DNA of 64,000 bases from Ptychomitrium polyphyllum (GCA_973851085.1 OZ316776.1:124001-188000); one strand, 5' to 3'. Counted from the stretch's first letter, positions 41,031-53,726 are shown. Notes: generated from the letters alone by a model not told the origin. Numbers and translations are program-made.

Positions 41031-44000
41031 TATTGCGCACCTCTCCTTGAAGAGTTCCCGCAACACTAAAGGCACAAGGGGAACCCCTGAGTGACGTCCG
41101 GGACTTGTGGCACCGATAGTGAGGGGAACCGAGTGGGCCTAGCGTGGGAAGGACCCCTAAGAGGGAGAAACATCCTTGCCCATGTAGATCGAGGGCCACG
41201 AGGGATAGATGGCTGGCATAGGAAGAATCACAAAGAGCTGATTCTAGAATGCTAAAGATTGCTCAAATCGGACAAGGGAGCTAAAAGTTATGGCATCTCA
41301 AAGTTGGGGTTGCCAAGGGGCTGTTCTGAAGTGTGGCAGCCCCACACAGTGACTGTACTGGAGTGAGACAGTCCAGGGAGGGACTCCCCGGGAGTCCCGA
41401 ACCTTGGAAGAGGCGTATTTCCCACAATACTAACTCAAATCGGACGTGTGAGGAGTCTATTGGCATCTACGCAAAGAGTAGATGACGATAAAGTGATTGC
41501 TGGATACATTCGGGCACCGGATAAAGAAGATATGGCTCCCTCAAGGTCCGCTGGGAGTCTCGGAGGCTTCCAGCGGCTAAGTCCCAAGGGAGATCAGGTG
41601 GTCTTCTAAAATTCTAGGTGTGTCGGGGTTCAGCCAGCTACAGAGGGCCAGGGGGCCTGCTGAATCCCACAGAGAATACTATAAGGGAGGGCTGGTCCCC
41701 CCACCCCACTCCCCTAGTGTCCCAGTAGAGACCAAGGGTGAGTCCCGATTGGTGGAGCTAGTGTTGAGGCTTCACCACGGGGACTCCCACACCATTGTGA
41801 GCCGGTGGATGGCCGGTTTCACGGAGGGAACTAGCACGTTCAAAAAGGGTACGCTTGTTACCACTAAGTTGGGGTGGTGTCTTCACGCCGGCACCATGAT
41901 GGCCCGGGGTGATCTTAGGATCACATGGGAATCATGAGTGGTGGTGAGGAGACACCACTAAGTGCGGTTAGGCCGTGTGGAATGGGAGTAATATCAAGTG
42001 AGGCCTTGGACATGAATGGAAGTCCGCACCTAACCATTGGCTACTAATAAATTGGGTGTCCTAAGAGAAATGGTAGAAAGACTTGGAAAGTGAAAATGGG
42101 GATTAACCATGTGCATGTGGGGGTGTACAAGGTTGACGCGCGTAATGCTTGCTAAGGTGCATTACAAGGGTTGCGACATTTGGTAGCAGAGCAGGCTTTA
42201 AGTATCCAAGTGCTACGTTGCAAGGAGGCTATGGATAAGAAGAAAGCCGGTGATGGCAGTGAGCCCGGGGCCTCTAAATGACCACGCACAAGGGTGAACA
42301 AAGACCCCGATCCGATTAATGAGGCTCCATCCTTTGATTCCAATGAGCAAGGGAATGACATTGGAGTCACCGAGGAAGTTGAGGAAACTCAACAAGACAA
42401 AGCATTAGAGGGTGGAGAGTACTCAGGAGCTAGGATTCCTGGGCCACTTGAGGGCCTAGAAAGTCAAGAATCTGACTTAAGTTTTTGCATGAAAATGCTC
42501 GAGTTCATGGACGGTGTGAACCAAGAACTCAAGCGTGGCAAAGAAAAAAGGACCTGTCAAGAGAGGTTGATTGAGCACTTAATGGCACAAGCTTCCAAGT
42601 CCTCATCTTTGACCAAGAAGTTGGCCAAAGTGAACATGCCAAGCACTTTTTCTGGGCTAGGTAAGGCCAGGAAGGTGAAGGAGTTTCTTTTGGAAATGAA
42701 CAATTATTATGATGTTCAAAAGCCTGAGGAGGTGGACAAAGTTTCAATTGCGGTGACCTTTTTGAAAGACCATGCTCTTCAATGGTGGACAAGTAAAAAG
42801 GAGCAAGAGCCGGAGTTGGTGGCAACTTTGTCTTGGGTTGGTTTTAAAGAGATTTTGAGTGAACGCTTCATTCCGGAATACCAAGAGTTGAGGGAGGGCA
42901 TGAACTTGGTGCAAATGAGGCACACCGGATCGCTCAAGACTTATGTGCGATATTTCAACGCCCAAATGAATGCCACATTCAAAATGGATGAGTTTTCAAA
43001 GAAATGCATCTTTTTGGGTGGGCTCCAAAAGTGGGTGGTGGACGCCTTGTTCAAATTCCCAAAGCTTTTGGAGGATGTGGCAGGAATTATAAAGATTGCA
43101 GAAAGAATTGAAGCCGACGGTCTTGAAAGAAAATCAAGTGGTCCCTCTCAACAAAGTGGATTGAGCCGAAATGTATCTCGCAGCGGAGAACGCAAGAAAT
43201 TTGGCTTTGGAAACAAACACAAGGGACAAGTAGATGGAAAGGCCTACAACAAAGTGGACCATCATGAGAGAAAACCATTCAAATCGGAAAATAAGAGTGC
43301 TGAGGTGAAGCACAAGCGTTGCCACGGGTGTGGCAAGATTGGCTACTTCATTGCGGAGTGCCCCGATAAAAAAGGGAGTACCAAAGCTTGTCACACTTGT
43401 GTTGTGGATCACATTTTAGAAGGTGGATTTATGGCCAAGGCTAGTAGCCTTAAGCCAAGGTCAAGTCTTTTATACCTTGAGGCCCAAATAAATGGCAAAC
43501 ATGTCTCATGTTTGATTGACACAGGGGCAACGCACTCCTTCATGAGTCCCAAGCTAGCAAGGGTGTTGGGCTTGTCGGCTCAAAAAGCTAGCAAGCCCAT
43601 CAACGTGCGATTTGCAAAAGGCAAACCGTACGAGACGAAGGAGGTGGTGTTGGATGTGGCCTTAAGCAGTGGAACATTGGAGTTGAAGGAAAGTTTTACA
43701 CTATGTGAGATGGATGAGGTAGACCTCATTTTAGGTAATACCTTTTTCGAAACTCATGTGGTGGATGTGAAGCGAAAGCCAGCACGGTTAGTAGTGCGCC
43801 GTGGTGGGAAGGAGGCAATATTGAAGTTGACTCGGACTCCTATGGTTGCGGGAGGCAAGTTGAACTTAGTCTCCTTAGAACAATTAGTGAATAACCAATT
43901 TGTGGTTGTGATGCGAATGGAGCAAGAAGAGGGAAATAGGCCAAGTGCCAAGGAGGTTAGGACTATTCCCAAGTGCATTCAAAATTTACTAAGTGGTTAC

Positions 44001-46795
44001 AAAGATGTGCTCAGCAATGAGCTGCCCGCACAGTTACCTCCAAGAAGAGAAGTGGATCACAAAATTGAAGCGATACCGGGAACGGAGCCCCCTTCAAAGG
44101 CTCCATACCGGTTGAACCAAAAAGAGCTAGAGGAATTGAAGAAGCAATTGAATGACTTGTTGGAAAGAGGCTATATTAGGCCAAGTAAGTTGCCATATGG
44201 AGCACCGGTCCTCTTTGTGGACAAAAAGGATGGCAAGCTCCGCATGTGTGTCGACTATAGAGCCTTGAATAAAGCCACCATCAAGAACAACTATCCTTTG
44301 CCTCGGATCAATGACCTCTTTGATAGATTGGCGGGAGCTAAATACTTTAGTCGGATAGACTTGAAGTCGGGCTACTATCAAATCCGCATTGCGGATGAAG
44401 ACGTGCCAGAGACCGCATGCCGCACTAGGTATGGGTCCTATGAATTTTTGGTGATGCCATTCGGGTTGTGTAATGCTCCTTCGACGTTCACGACCCTCAT
44501 GAATACCATCTTTCGAGAAGAGATGGATGACTTTGTCATTGTCTACATTGATGACATCTTGGTGTACTCCAAGTCGGCGGAAGAACATGCAAGGCACTTC
44601 GAAGTGGTGCTTCAAAAACTTAGGGACCACAAGCTTTATGCCAACGGAGAAAAGAGTGAGTTTGCTCAACTTGAGATTGAGTTCCTGGGCCATATAGTGA
44701 CGGATGATGGAATCAAGCCGGACATAAGGAAGATAAAAGGCAATTAGAGAGTGGAAACAACCTTCTACACAAAAGGGGCTGAGATCATTTCTTGGCCTAG
44801 CAAATTATTATAGGAGGTTCATACGCAACTTCTCCAAAATTGCTAGACCTTTGTCCGACTTGTTGAAGAAAGGAGCTAGCCAAGTATGGGATGGATTTTG
44901 TCACCAAGATTTTCAAGAACTCAAGGATAAGTTGTCACAACCGCCGGTATTGAAGTTTCCCGAGTTTGAAAAGCCCTTTGAGGTCCACACGGATGCAAGT
45001 GACTTTGCCATTGGCGGAGTGCTCATGCAAGAAGGCATGCCAATCGCCTATGAGAGCAAGAAGTTGGATGGGTGCCAAAAGAGGTGGCCCACGCACGAGA
45101 AAGAACTCTTTGCCATAGTGCATTGTTTGAAAACATGGTGGCACTACTTGGGCCCACATAAAACCAAAGTCTACACGGACAACGTGTCCTTGAAGTACTT
45201 TGAGTCGTAAGCACAAATGAGTGCAAAACAATTGAGGTGGCATGACACCTTGGCACTCATGAATGTGGATTTGATCCACAAGCCGGGGCGTGACAATGTA
45301 GTGCCGGATGCTCTAAGTAGGCGGGAGGAGTTGCAAGCGATGGGTACAATTCAAGTCCTGCGAGTAATGTACAAGGGAGAAGGCAATTTGGAAAGGAAGA
45401 TAAGAGAGGGGTACATGAAGGACTTCGAAGCACAAAGGCTTCTCGGTGAGCTTAAGATGGGTAAGAAACTTAAGGAAATTAAGTTGGAGAAGGAATTGCT
45501 CAAGTACAAACAAAGTCGGGTATATGTGCCTCAAGGAAAACTACGGTTGTTGGTTTTGAAAGAATAACATGATAGTCCCATAGCCGGCCATAGAGGAGAA
45601 AAAACGACAATAGCGGCGGTGTCAAGAAGGTACTATTGGCCGGGCATGAAAGCGGACATCACCGACTTTGTGAAAACTTGTGTGAAGTGCCAACTCAATA
45701 GAGCCTCTTACCAAAAGCAAGCCGGTCTACTACAACCTTTGCCAATTCCGCTGGGTCCATGGCATAGCGTGTCCATGGACTTCATCACAAGTCTTCCGGA
45801 ATCGCAAGGGCATGATGCCATCTTTGTGATGGTGGATCGCTTTAGCAAGTTGGCGCACATGGTGCCAACTAGAGGAACCGTAACTGCACATGAGACCGCA
45901 AAGCTATTCCTCAATGCATGGTGGAAACATCACGGGTTGCCGAGAGTGATTGTATTGGACCGAGATCCAAAATTCACTAGTGCTTTTTGGAAACATTTCT
46001 TTAGAAAAGTTGGAACCGAATTGACATTTAGCACTGCCTTCCATCCTCAAACGGATGGGCAAACGGAACGAGTGAATGGAGTCTTGAACCAATACTTGAG
46101 GAACTTTGTGAGTGTGGACCAGTGCGATTGGGCGGATTATGTGAGCTTAGCGGAGTTCAGTTACAATGCGGCCAATCAGTCGGCGACAAAGCAGTCGCCA
46201 TTTAAGGTGGCCTATGGAGTGGAGCCACTCCATCCTGCCGACTTAGCTCTTGAAGGGGCACATTCAATACTAGAGTTTAACCAAGATGGTGAGGACTTGG
46301 CCAAAAAGCAGGAACAAAGAATGGAGAAGACCAAGATTTTGTTGGAAAAGGCACAAAAGCGGTACAAGAAACAAGTCAATGCCGGAAGACGTGAAGTGGA
46401 GTATGAAGTAGGCCAAAAGGTGTTGTTGAATGTGAAGAACTTTAGCTTTCCTGAAGGCCTCACTCCAAAGTTCATGTCCAAGTTTGCGGGGCCGTTTTCC
46501 ATTGTGGAGCGGATGTTTAAAATTGTGTACAAGTTGGAGCTACCACCCGAAATCAAAGTGCATCCAACATTTCGTGTCTCACTCCTTAAGCCATTCAAAA
46601 AAGATACCTTGTGGCCCAATCGCAAACAAGTGATTCGGCCACCGCCGGAATTGGTGGGCAACCACTTGGAATACGAAGTAGAAGGAATTCTCAAGTATAG
46701 ACACCACAAGAAAGTAGGAAAAGAGTATTTGGTGAAGTGGAGAGGGTACCATGAAAAGGAAGCAACTTGGGTAGCAGCCAAGGACTTGGAAAATG
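41031..46795 (+). mobile_element. Ty3/gypsy chromovirus family C: 5' LTR, PBS and near-complete gag-pol with chromodomain, inserted in the copia integrase
   Basis: LTR 41031-42178, PBS tggtagcagagc 42181-42192 (one mismatch from plant tRNA-iMet PBS). Polyprotein from ATG 42231 with stops at ~42279, 45208, 45565 and a frameshift at ~44740. Motifs [50 protein letters not shown]...YLVKWRGY. Confidence 0.95.
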
Positions 46796-47859
46796 TCCAC
46801 GATCTATCCCTCATGGCCCTCAATTAACATGGGCAAGGATGTTTCTCCCTCTTAGGGGTCCTTCCCATGCTAGGCCCACTCAATTACCCCCACTATCGGT
46901 GCTATCAGTTCCGAACGTCACTCAGGGGTCCCCCTTGTGCCCTTAGTTTTGCGGGCACTCCTCAAGGAAGAGGTGCGCGACACTCACCTCCACCTTAATG
47001 GAGTCAATGCCCTCATCAACTATATTTGTATTCGGCAAACCAATTCCAAGGTTGCCATCCTCTAGTATTGCAGCATTGTGATTCATCCAGGGTGCGACCC
47101 CCACAATGCACTCATAAGTTTTTGGCAAAGTCTCAAAGGTGTCGTTTAGAAGGTGGTTTGTTTACGCACCCTAGACGAAAATCTTTGGGGCCCTAAACTA
47201 CTCTAAACCTTCTTACTTTGAGACCCTCTTGGGATACACTCCCTAGTTAGGCTACACTGCCTTAACTCTTCCTTTCTGACTAGGCTGGACCTCAATGCTC
47301 CACCAAGTTGTCTTGGTTGCAAATCCAAGGTGGCTTTTATTCCACGACTTGATCGTACGGGAGTAATGCCAAGTTCCGCCCAACCTGGATTCCACTATCT
47401 CTTTTGAAACATAGGTTCATGGTTTTAACCATTCCTCCTCCCAGCCTTGATCCCCATTACTCGGCCTTCCCAACTTGGTTTCACATGTCTATTCCCCCTC
47501 TTCTACCAACTTAGCACAAGCACAAGACTAGAACATCATTTCATACTCTTCTCTTTGCACACACAAAAGTTGAACTTCATTGCCACAAGTCAAGGAACCA
47601 ATACATTATGTAAAGAAGTTATAACTACAAGCCACTCTTCTCCTACTAAAAGAGATTGATGTAATGATCAATGCCGACGTTGTCTTTTGTTGGAGTTCCT
47701 ATCCCTTTCAGAGCGTTCCACCACTTCATTGGCATTTTCCAAGTCCTTGGCTGCTACCCAAGTTGCTTCCTTTTCATGGTACCCTCTCCACTTCACCAAA
47801 TACTCTTTTCCTACTTTCTTGTGGTGTCTACACTTGAGAATTCCTTCTACTTCGTATTC
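46796..47859 (-). mobile_element. Inverted 3' end of a family C element: chromodomain tail, 3' UTR, PPT, first ~185 bp of 3' LTR
   Basis: 46796-46982 is the reverse complement of the LTR start; ctcacctccacc follows as a minus-strand PPT; ~47733-47859 is the reverse complement of ~46669-46795. Confidence 0.88.
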
Positions 47860-47959
47860 NNNNNNNNNNNNNNNNNNNNNNNNNNNNNNNNNNNNNNNNN
47901 NNNNNNNNNNNNNNNNNNNNNNNNNNNNNNNNNNNNNNNNNNNNNNNNNNNNNNNNNNN
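47860..47959. other. Assembly gap (100 N, probably a placeholder size)
   Basis: Run of n. Confidence 0.99.
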
Positions 47960-48120
47960 CGACCTCATGGCGCATGTGAACAAGTTGAAGGCCCTTGCAA
48001 GGCAACTTGCCATTGTGAACAAGCCATTGGAGGATTTGGATGTCGTGATTACATTTCTCATGAGCTTGCCGGAGTCCTGTAGCTATCTCATAGTGGCTTT
48101 GGAGTCCATTTCCATCAAGG
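47960..48120 (+). repeat. Inverted duplicate of copia gag segment (~49456-49617)
   Basis: Encodes DLMAHVNKLKALARQLAIVNKPLEDLDVV...LESI on the opposite strand, with about 3 substitutions versus the resident copy. Confidence 0.9.
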
Positions 48121-50860
48121 GCACTTGTGGCGCACCTATTTCTTGTACAGACTACATTCTCCACCGCTTGTGCCCATAATTCATGCCCAAGATGTTGAGC
48201 ATGAAGCATGCTCCTCGCTATCCCCACAATGGTGCGGTTTTCCTTCTCCGCAACTCCATTTGATGTGGAGTGTGTAGAGTGGAGGTTTGCCTTGCAATGC
48301 CTTCACTCCTTTAGAAGTCATCAAAATGATTGAGTAAGAATTCACCACCATTATCTGAATGCAACACCTTGATTTTGGACTCACATTGCTTCTCTACAAG
48401 CGCCTTGAACTCCTTGAACCTTGCAAAGCACTCGTTTTTGGCTTTGAGGATGTATACCCACACTTTTCTCGAAAAACCATCAATAAATGTGAAGAAATAC
48501 CCCCATGGATGGAGTCTTCATAGGCCCGCACACATCGGAATGCACAATCTCCAACACTGTGCTTGCTCGAATTGCCACTCTACTTGGAAATAACACCCTT
48601 TGTTGCTTGCCTTAGATGCAACCCTCACAAGCAAGTTCCTTGGCCTTGTGGCATGTTGTACCTAGATCCAAGCCGCTTACCATGTCTTGGAGCTCCTTCA
48701 TGGCCTTCACATTTAGGTGCCCAAAGCACCCATGCCATATGCTAAACTTATCTTCATCTTGAGTGAATTTAACAAACGGCGCTACTTCCACTCCTGTCAC
48801 CTTCTTACACTTGATGAAGTATAAGTTGCCATCCCTCAACCCCGTGGCAACAACATCTCCACCCAATGACTTCACAACACATCCATTCACATTGAAAAGA
48901 GCCACAAACCCTTCCATCACAAGTTTGCTCACCAAGAGGAAGTTGGACTTTATCTTTGGCACATGGAGCACGTCCTTGAAGGTGATCCTCTTGGTCTTGC
49001 CTCTTACAACAACCTCCACTACAATGGAACCCATTCCAATGGCCTCCACCACGTCATTGTCACCCATGAGCACACTAATGGCTGGAATTGCCTCATAAGT
49101 ATGGAATGAGCACTTTTGAGGGGTCATGTGCTGGGTGGCGCCCAAATCAACTATCCACTTGAATAGGGCCGCCATAGGTGCCCCTTCTCTTGCAATGAAG
49201 GCACAATCACAACTTCCAAGGTGGTCCATCACATGGTTGGCATCCTACCTCTCTCCTCTCATAGCCTTACAGCAATTTCGAGCAAAATTACCTGGTTTTC
49301 TACACACAAAGCATGTCCTAAGATTTGGACATTGATTAGAGTAGGTGGCTTTGCCTTGCCCCAAGAAGAGGGCGGAGTCCTCACTAGAAGTCGCCTTCTT
49401 CTTCCTCTTGGTCTCCTTGTGGCTCAATCTCGCCGTCATATAGTCCATGATGAGGTCCTTGATGGGAATGGACTCCAAAGCCACTATGAGATAGCTACAG
49501 GACTCCGGCAAGCTCATGAGAAATGTAATCACGACATCCAAATCCTCCAATGGCTTGTTCACAATGGCAAGTTGCCTTGCAAAGGCCTTCAACTTGTTCA
49601 CATGTGCCATGAGGTCGTGCCTTTCTTCCATCTTGTAGTTCAAGGACTTCCTCCTTGTAAAGATGATGTTGGAGAGGTTCTTGCTCTCATAGTTGTTGCA
49701 AAGCGTCTTCCTTGCTTCTGCTAGTCTTTTGCAAGAGATGATATGGGCGAAGTTGGCATCATCAAGGTTGGTGGCAAGGATGCCAAAAGCCTTCTTCTCA
49801 CAATGTTGGAACTCCTTTCTCTCCTTTGTATCCGCCAACAATGGTGGAGCAACCTCACTTTCATCTATGATGTTCCAAAGATCCAAAGAAGCCAATGAGA
49901 GCTCCATCCTAACTTTCCATTGGTAGAAGTTCTCACCATGAAACTTTTGAATGACCCTCAAATCTTAACCTTCATTTGAAGCCATGCCTTAAGAAGAGAG
50001 GTAAAAAGCGTACCTTCAAACAAACTGTTTTCTTGACTCCTATGCTTTTCACAAGTCTTCAAAACTATGAGTTCGAAGACAAGCCTTTGAATTCACTATG
50101 TCCACTCAATAAGCACACTTATCAATGAACTCACAAGACAACAACACCAAGCACAACAAGTTGGTGTTAGGGAGCTTAAATCCAACAAAGACACTATCAA
50201 GGTCTTATCATCACTCAAAGCAACTTACTATCCAAGGAGTTTCAACATCCACAATTCTACAAGAGCTCAAAAACATCAAACCAAGCACCTACATGTGCAA
50301 AACTTCAAAGTTAGGCGTTTCTAACTCTATCTTCAATAATTACCAACTGAACTTGCTCCACACAAGAACAACAACTACAAATACTTCAAGCTACTTTAAA
50401 AGGCACAACTAAGTGTGAGTGGGCCCATAACCTATTCAAAAAATGCAACAAAGGTAGTACAACAAGCAAAAAGAAAGAGCAAAGTTGCAACAAGAGAAGT
50501 GTGAAGCAAGATGACTCCCACTTCCAAAATCCCTTTATTTATATTTGGGAGTCATCCACCAAAGTGTGCCACTTGGTGGTCATGCATTTGCCTCCACTAA
50601 ATGAATGACATGTGGCCGCAAACTCTAACCGCCGTAGTTGCCATCCTAACTTTAATGGCCACCCTAACCCTAACAGCCGCCCTAACCCTAGCCGCCGTAC
50701 AAAATCCTTGTTGCCTTTTCTAAATTCTGACCTCCATATCTTCTATGGCCTCTTTCTTGATACTCTTTTGACCATTAGCAACCTACCAAGCTCTAAACTT
50801 ACACAAAGAAACTTCAACTAGGATCAGTTTATATATTTCACCCTTTGCAACAAACTAATA

Positions 50861-51075
50861 TTGGAATTGTGGGTTGTTTTATTTTTTTTTCAAACAGTTG
50901 AATTTTTGATTATTTTTGCTCATGCTTGCACCTTTTCCAAACTCCATCATTGTTTCATTTTTGCAGTATGAGATTTCATGCCATAACTGTTATTTGTATT
51001 TTACTTTTTATTGGTGTTGTTGGAAAATCTGCACAAATAGGATTGTATTCTCGGTTACTTGTTGCAACGGAGGGT
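50861..51075 (+). pseudogene. nad5: Nuclear mitochondrial insertion (NUMT): nad5 exon fragment
   Basis: Reads [69 protein letters not shown], matching the nad5 signature [18 protein letters not shown]; frameshifted and mutated. Confidence 0.92.
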
Positions 51076-51290
51076 TTTTGAATATTTGAGGGCTCTCATG
51101 TACTAGTAAATACATTCTAACAATTTCATTGTATGTTAGGATCATCAACCAAATGACAGTCCCTCATTTTGACCAATCAGTAGGAAACCTATAAAGGTCT
51201 CGGGCACCTAGCCAGTTATTGCTCGCACTGTTTGTGTTGCAGATGGCAGCTAAGTATAGAGGTTTATCAAAATTTTTGACCTTCCTTAGA
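51076..51290 (+). other. 5' fragment of the mitochondrial group I intron nad5i753 (part of NUMT); right boundary approximate
   Basis: Starts right after GAGGGT, the known bryophyte insertion site; contains P-like (gtatgttaggatcatc) and Q-like (aatcagtaggaaac) group I core motifs. Confidence 0.75.
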
Positions 51291-51336
51291 TAATAAATAG
51301 GTGCAGCATTTATAAAGGAACGGTAGAATTTCAAGT

Positions 51337-51407
51337 AGGCTAAGGATGGATTTGAACCATATTTCTAGGATTTGCAGTCCAATACATTACTTTTATGTTA
51401 CTTAGCC
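51337..51407 (-). tRNA. trnC: Mitochondrial-type tRNA-Cys(GCA) copy, probably a pseudogene within the NUMT
   Basis: Minus strand GGCTAAGTAACATAAAAGTAATGTATTGGACTGCAAATCCTAGAAATATGGTTCAAATCCATCCTTAGCCT: 71 nt, GCA anticodon, degraded D and T loops, resembles plant mt trnC. Confidence 0.85.
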
Positions 51408-53411
51408 ATTTTTTCTATTTTTGATATAAAACAAAATGAATGAAAGGATGTAATTGGCCAATATTTGTTGTTGCGTTGATATCTAATTTTGTTCATCAAT
51501 GATTGATTTGCACGTAAAACCATTGATTTGAAACTGGCCTAAGCTTCTATAAAGAAGGATAAGGCTTCAAAATGATATTTAATAGCCTTCTAGAAATTAT
51601 ATAAGTTATGTTCAATGTATGAGATGTCATAATTGAATGTGGTAGATGGTAGAGTAGCAATATGAGGGGGTGGAGGATTGAATTGGAGATTATTGGTAGA
51701 AGAAGGATGTGATGAAGTAGAATAAGTGGAAATAGAAGGTGGAGGAGGTGTTTAAGTAGGGAATGAAGCTAATGGTATGGTGTATATAATAATGTGAAGC
51801 AAAGTACATCATATAGTAAGATCAACTACTAAAACCTTCGTAAAAAGAGAAAGAAATTGTGAAGGATGAGGAGTAAAAGTAAGAATGGACACAAGATAAA
51901 GAAGTGGATGTGTGGAAGGCATCAAAGTGGATGTGTGGGAGGCTTGTTGGTTTTGCCACTTCTAATGCTTTTGCATGAGATTCTCAAGAGACACCCAGGT
52001 CCACTTGGCTTTTGGTGTAGGTATAGTTTGTGATGCAATTTGCATCCTAGACGGCCTTGTTTTGGTAGGAGTAGCAATTGGAAAGGGAGATTGAGGAGAA
52101 TATGGTTTGGTAGAGGTGGTATCTTTTAAAGTTCTAACTATAATGTGGATTTTAAGAAAAAAAACCGGTTTCTGCCAAATTTCCACGGCAATGCAAAACT
52201 CCATTTTGTTGTTTTAAATCTCGAAGAGTTTTGCTGCAAGATTGTTGTATATAGTAATGATCCAAGCTTACTAATCCAACTTGATAATATGATTGTTGAA
52301 TATTGATAGGAAACAAATGTTTTTATTAAACACGTAGGTCACTTTTTTAAAAAGATGCCTTGGAGAAGGCCTCATTTTTGCAGAACTAAAATTTTGGATC
52401 CTAATTGAACTTCCAACCTTCTTTTGCGCATGGAGCAGAGCTTATTATGGCTAAAAAACAATCATGAGCTATCAACAATGGTACAATAGTTACCGTGCCA
52501 TTTTTGAAACATAAGGTATTTCAAAAGATGATACTAGTAATGGATATTTGTCTACTAGGGATGGTTCTAAAGAAATCATTACCGTTCTACTTGACTACAC
52601 TATTTAAAAATTTTAGAATGGAATCAATATGATGGAAGGGCTAATTCCATAAGAGCTGAATGCACTCTAATATTTCAATATTGTGGAGAAAGATTAATTT
52701 GGTAGAATTGGTGGCAGGAAAAGTTGCTTAGGATTGTAGATGGTTCATGGGTGTAATGATGACATTTTCTTCAAACGCTGTCTATCAAACAATTTCAAGT
52801 ATAACTATTAACTAAAGTGAATTTTTGTTTGGCAACACCCATAGCTTAAGACAAATGTGAGAGTAGAAAAATTGTACTATAATTACAAAAAAAAGAAAGA
52901 GTTAATTGTAAATGAAAACTGATAATAACAAAAAGAGAAGTTTAAGAAGAAAAGGAGTGAAAAGAGCCATAGGATTAGGATGGTGGCCGTTATAATGAGT
53001 GTAGGATTTGGATGTCTAGTAGTTGTAATGGCCAATTTGAATCATCATAATTGATATGTGTTCTTATAGTATATTATCATTATTAAGAATAATGGTTCTA
53101 ATGACAAATTTAGACATGTTGAAAGGTATTAATAGGCTAATTGGAGTGTCATCAATGTAACAATATGATTTGAGTAATTTTACGTTAATAATGACGAGAT
53201 TAGGATTAAAGCGGTCTCTATCTATTAATAATATAATATTATTTAATAGCAAGGTTGAACTTGATGAAGGCAATATCATTTATTTTTAACTTTATTGGTA
53301 TAGAAACTAGATCCTTTTGAATTCCCAAAAACATAATCACTAAGATTGAAAGTAATATTTTATCTTGAATTATAATAAGTTTAATGCAGTTTCATTGCAA
53401 TATGCCTTAAT

Positions 53412-53684
53412 TGTTGCGCACCTCTCTTTTAAAAGTGTCTGCAACACTAAGGGCATAAAGGAAACCCCAAAGTGACATCCAAGATTTGTGGTGTCGATGG
53501 TAAAGTGACCCAAGTAGGCCTAGTGTGGGAAAGAAATCACTAAGAGCCACAAGAAAGAAATCATACGCATTAGATGCTTCACAACAAGTTGATTATAGAA
53601 TGCTAAGGATTGCTCAAATTGGACAAGAGTACTAAAAGATATGGAACTCCAAAGTTGAGGTTTGCTTAGCTACAAAAGGCTAGG
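53412..53684 (+). mobile_element. Diverged family C LTR, 5' portion, interrupted by a family D element
   Basis: tgttgcgcacctctc...caacactaagggca...gattgctcaaattggacaag aligns with 41031-41310. Confidence 0.8.
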
Positions 53685-53726
53685 TGTTACGGACAAAGTA
53701 ACCACAAGACAAGGTTCCATGATTTT

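Larger units (their letters stand above)
38467..50852 (-). mobile_element. Degenerate Ty1/copia LTR retrotransposon with a nested gypsy element
   Basis: LTRs 50433-50852 (5') and 38467-38868 (3'); PBS GGTTATGGGCCC (50421-50432), PPT GGAAAGTGGGAG (38869-38880). gag 49245-49961 (CFVCRKPGNFARNC), protease/pre-integrase 48612-49232, integrase ~48122-48600 and 40870-41030, RT 39434-40500 (HQMDVKAAFLNG, SVDD), RNase H 38960-39415. Flanks aattg/aacta fit a mutated AACTG TSD. Confidence 0.93.

Noticed and set aside
41620..41937. 105-aa ORF inside the family C LTR
   Set aside because: GTG start, GC-rich LTR sequence, no recognisable motif, and not reported as an equivalent ORF in the solo LTR.
41031..46982. 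Element with terminal inverted repeats (DIRS-like or DNA transposon)
   Set aside because: The inverted copy is a 3' LTR start with its own PPT and 3' UTR in reverse orientation; it encodes a DDE integrase, so this is a rearranged gypsy element.
51337..51407. Functional nuclear tRNA-Cys gene
   Set aside because: Organelle-type sequence with degraded D and T loops, located inside a NUMT.
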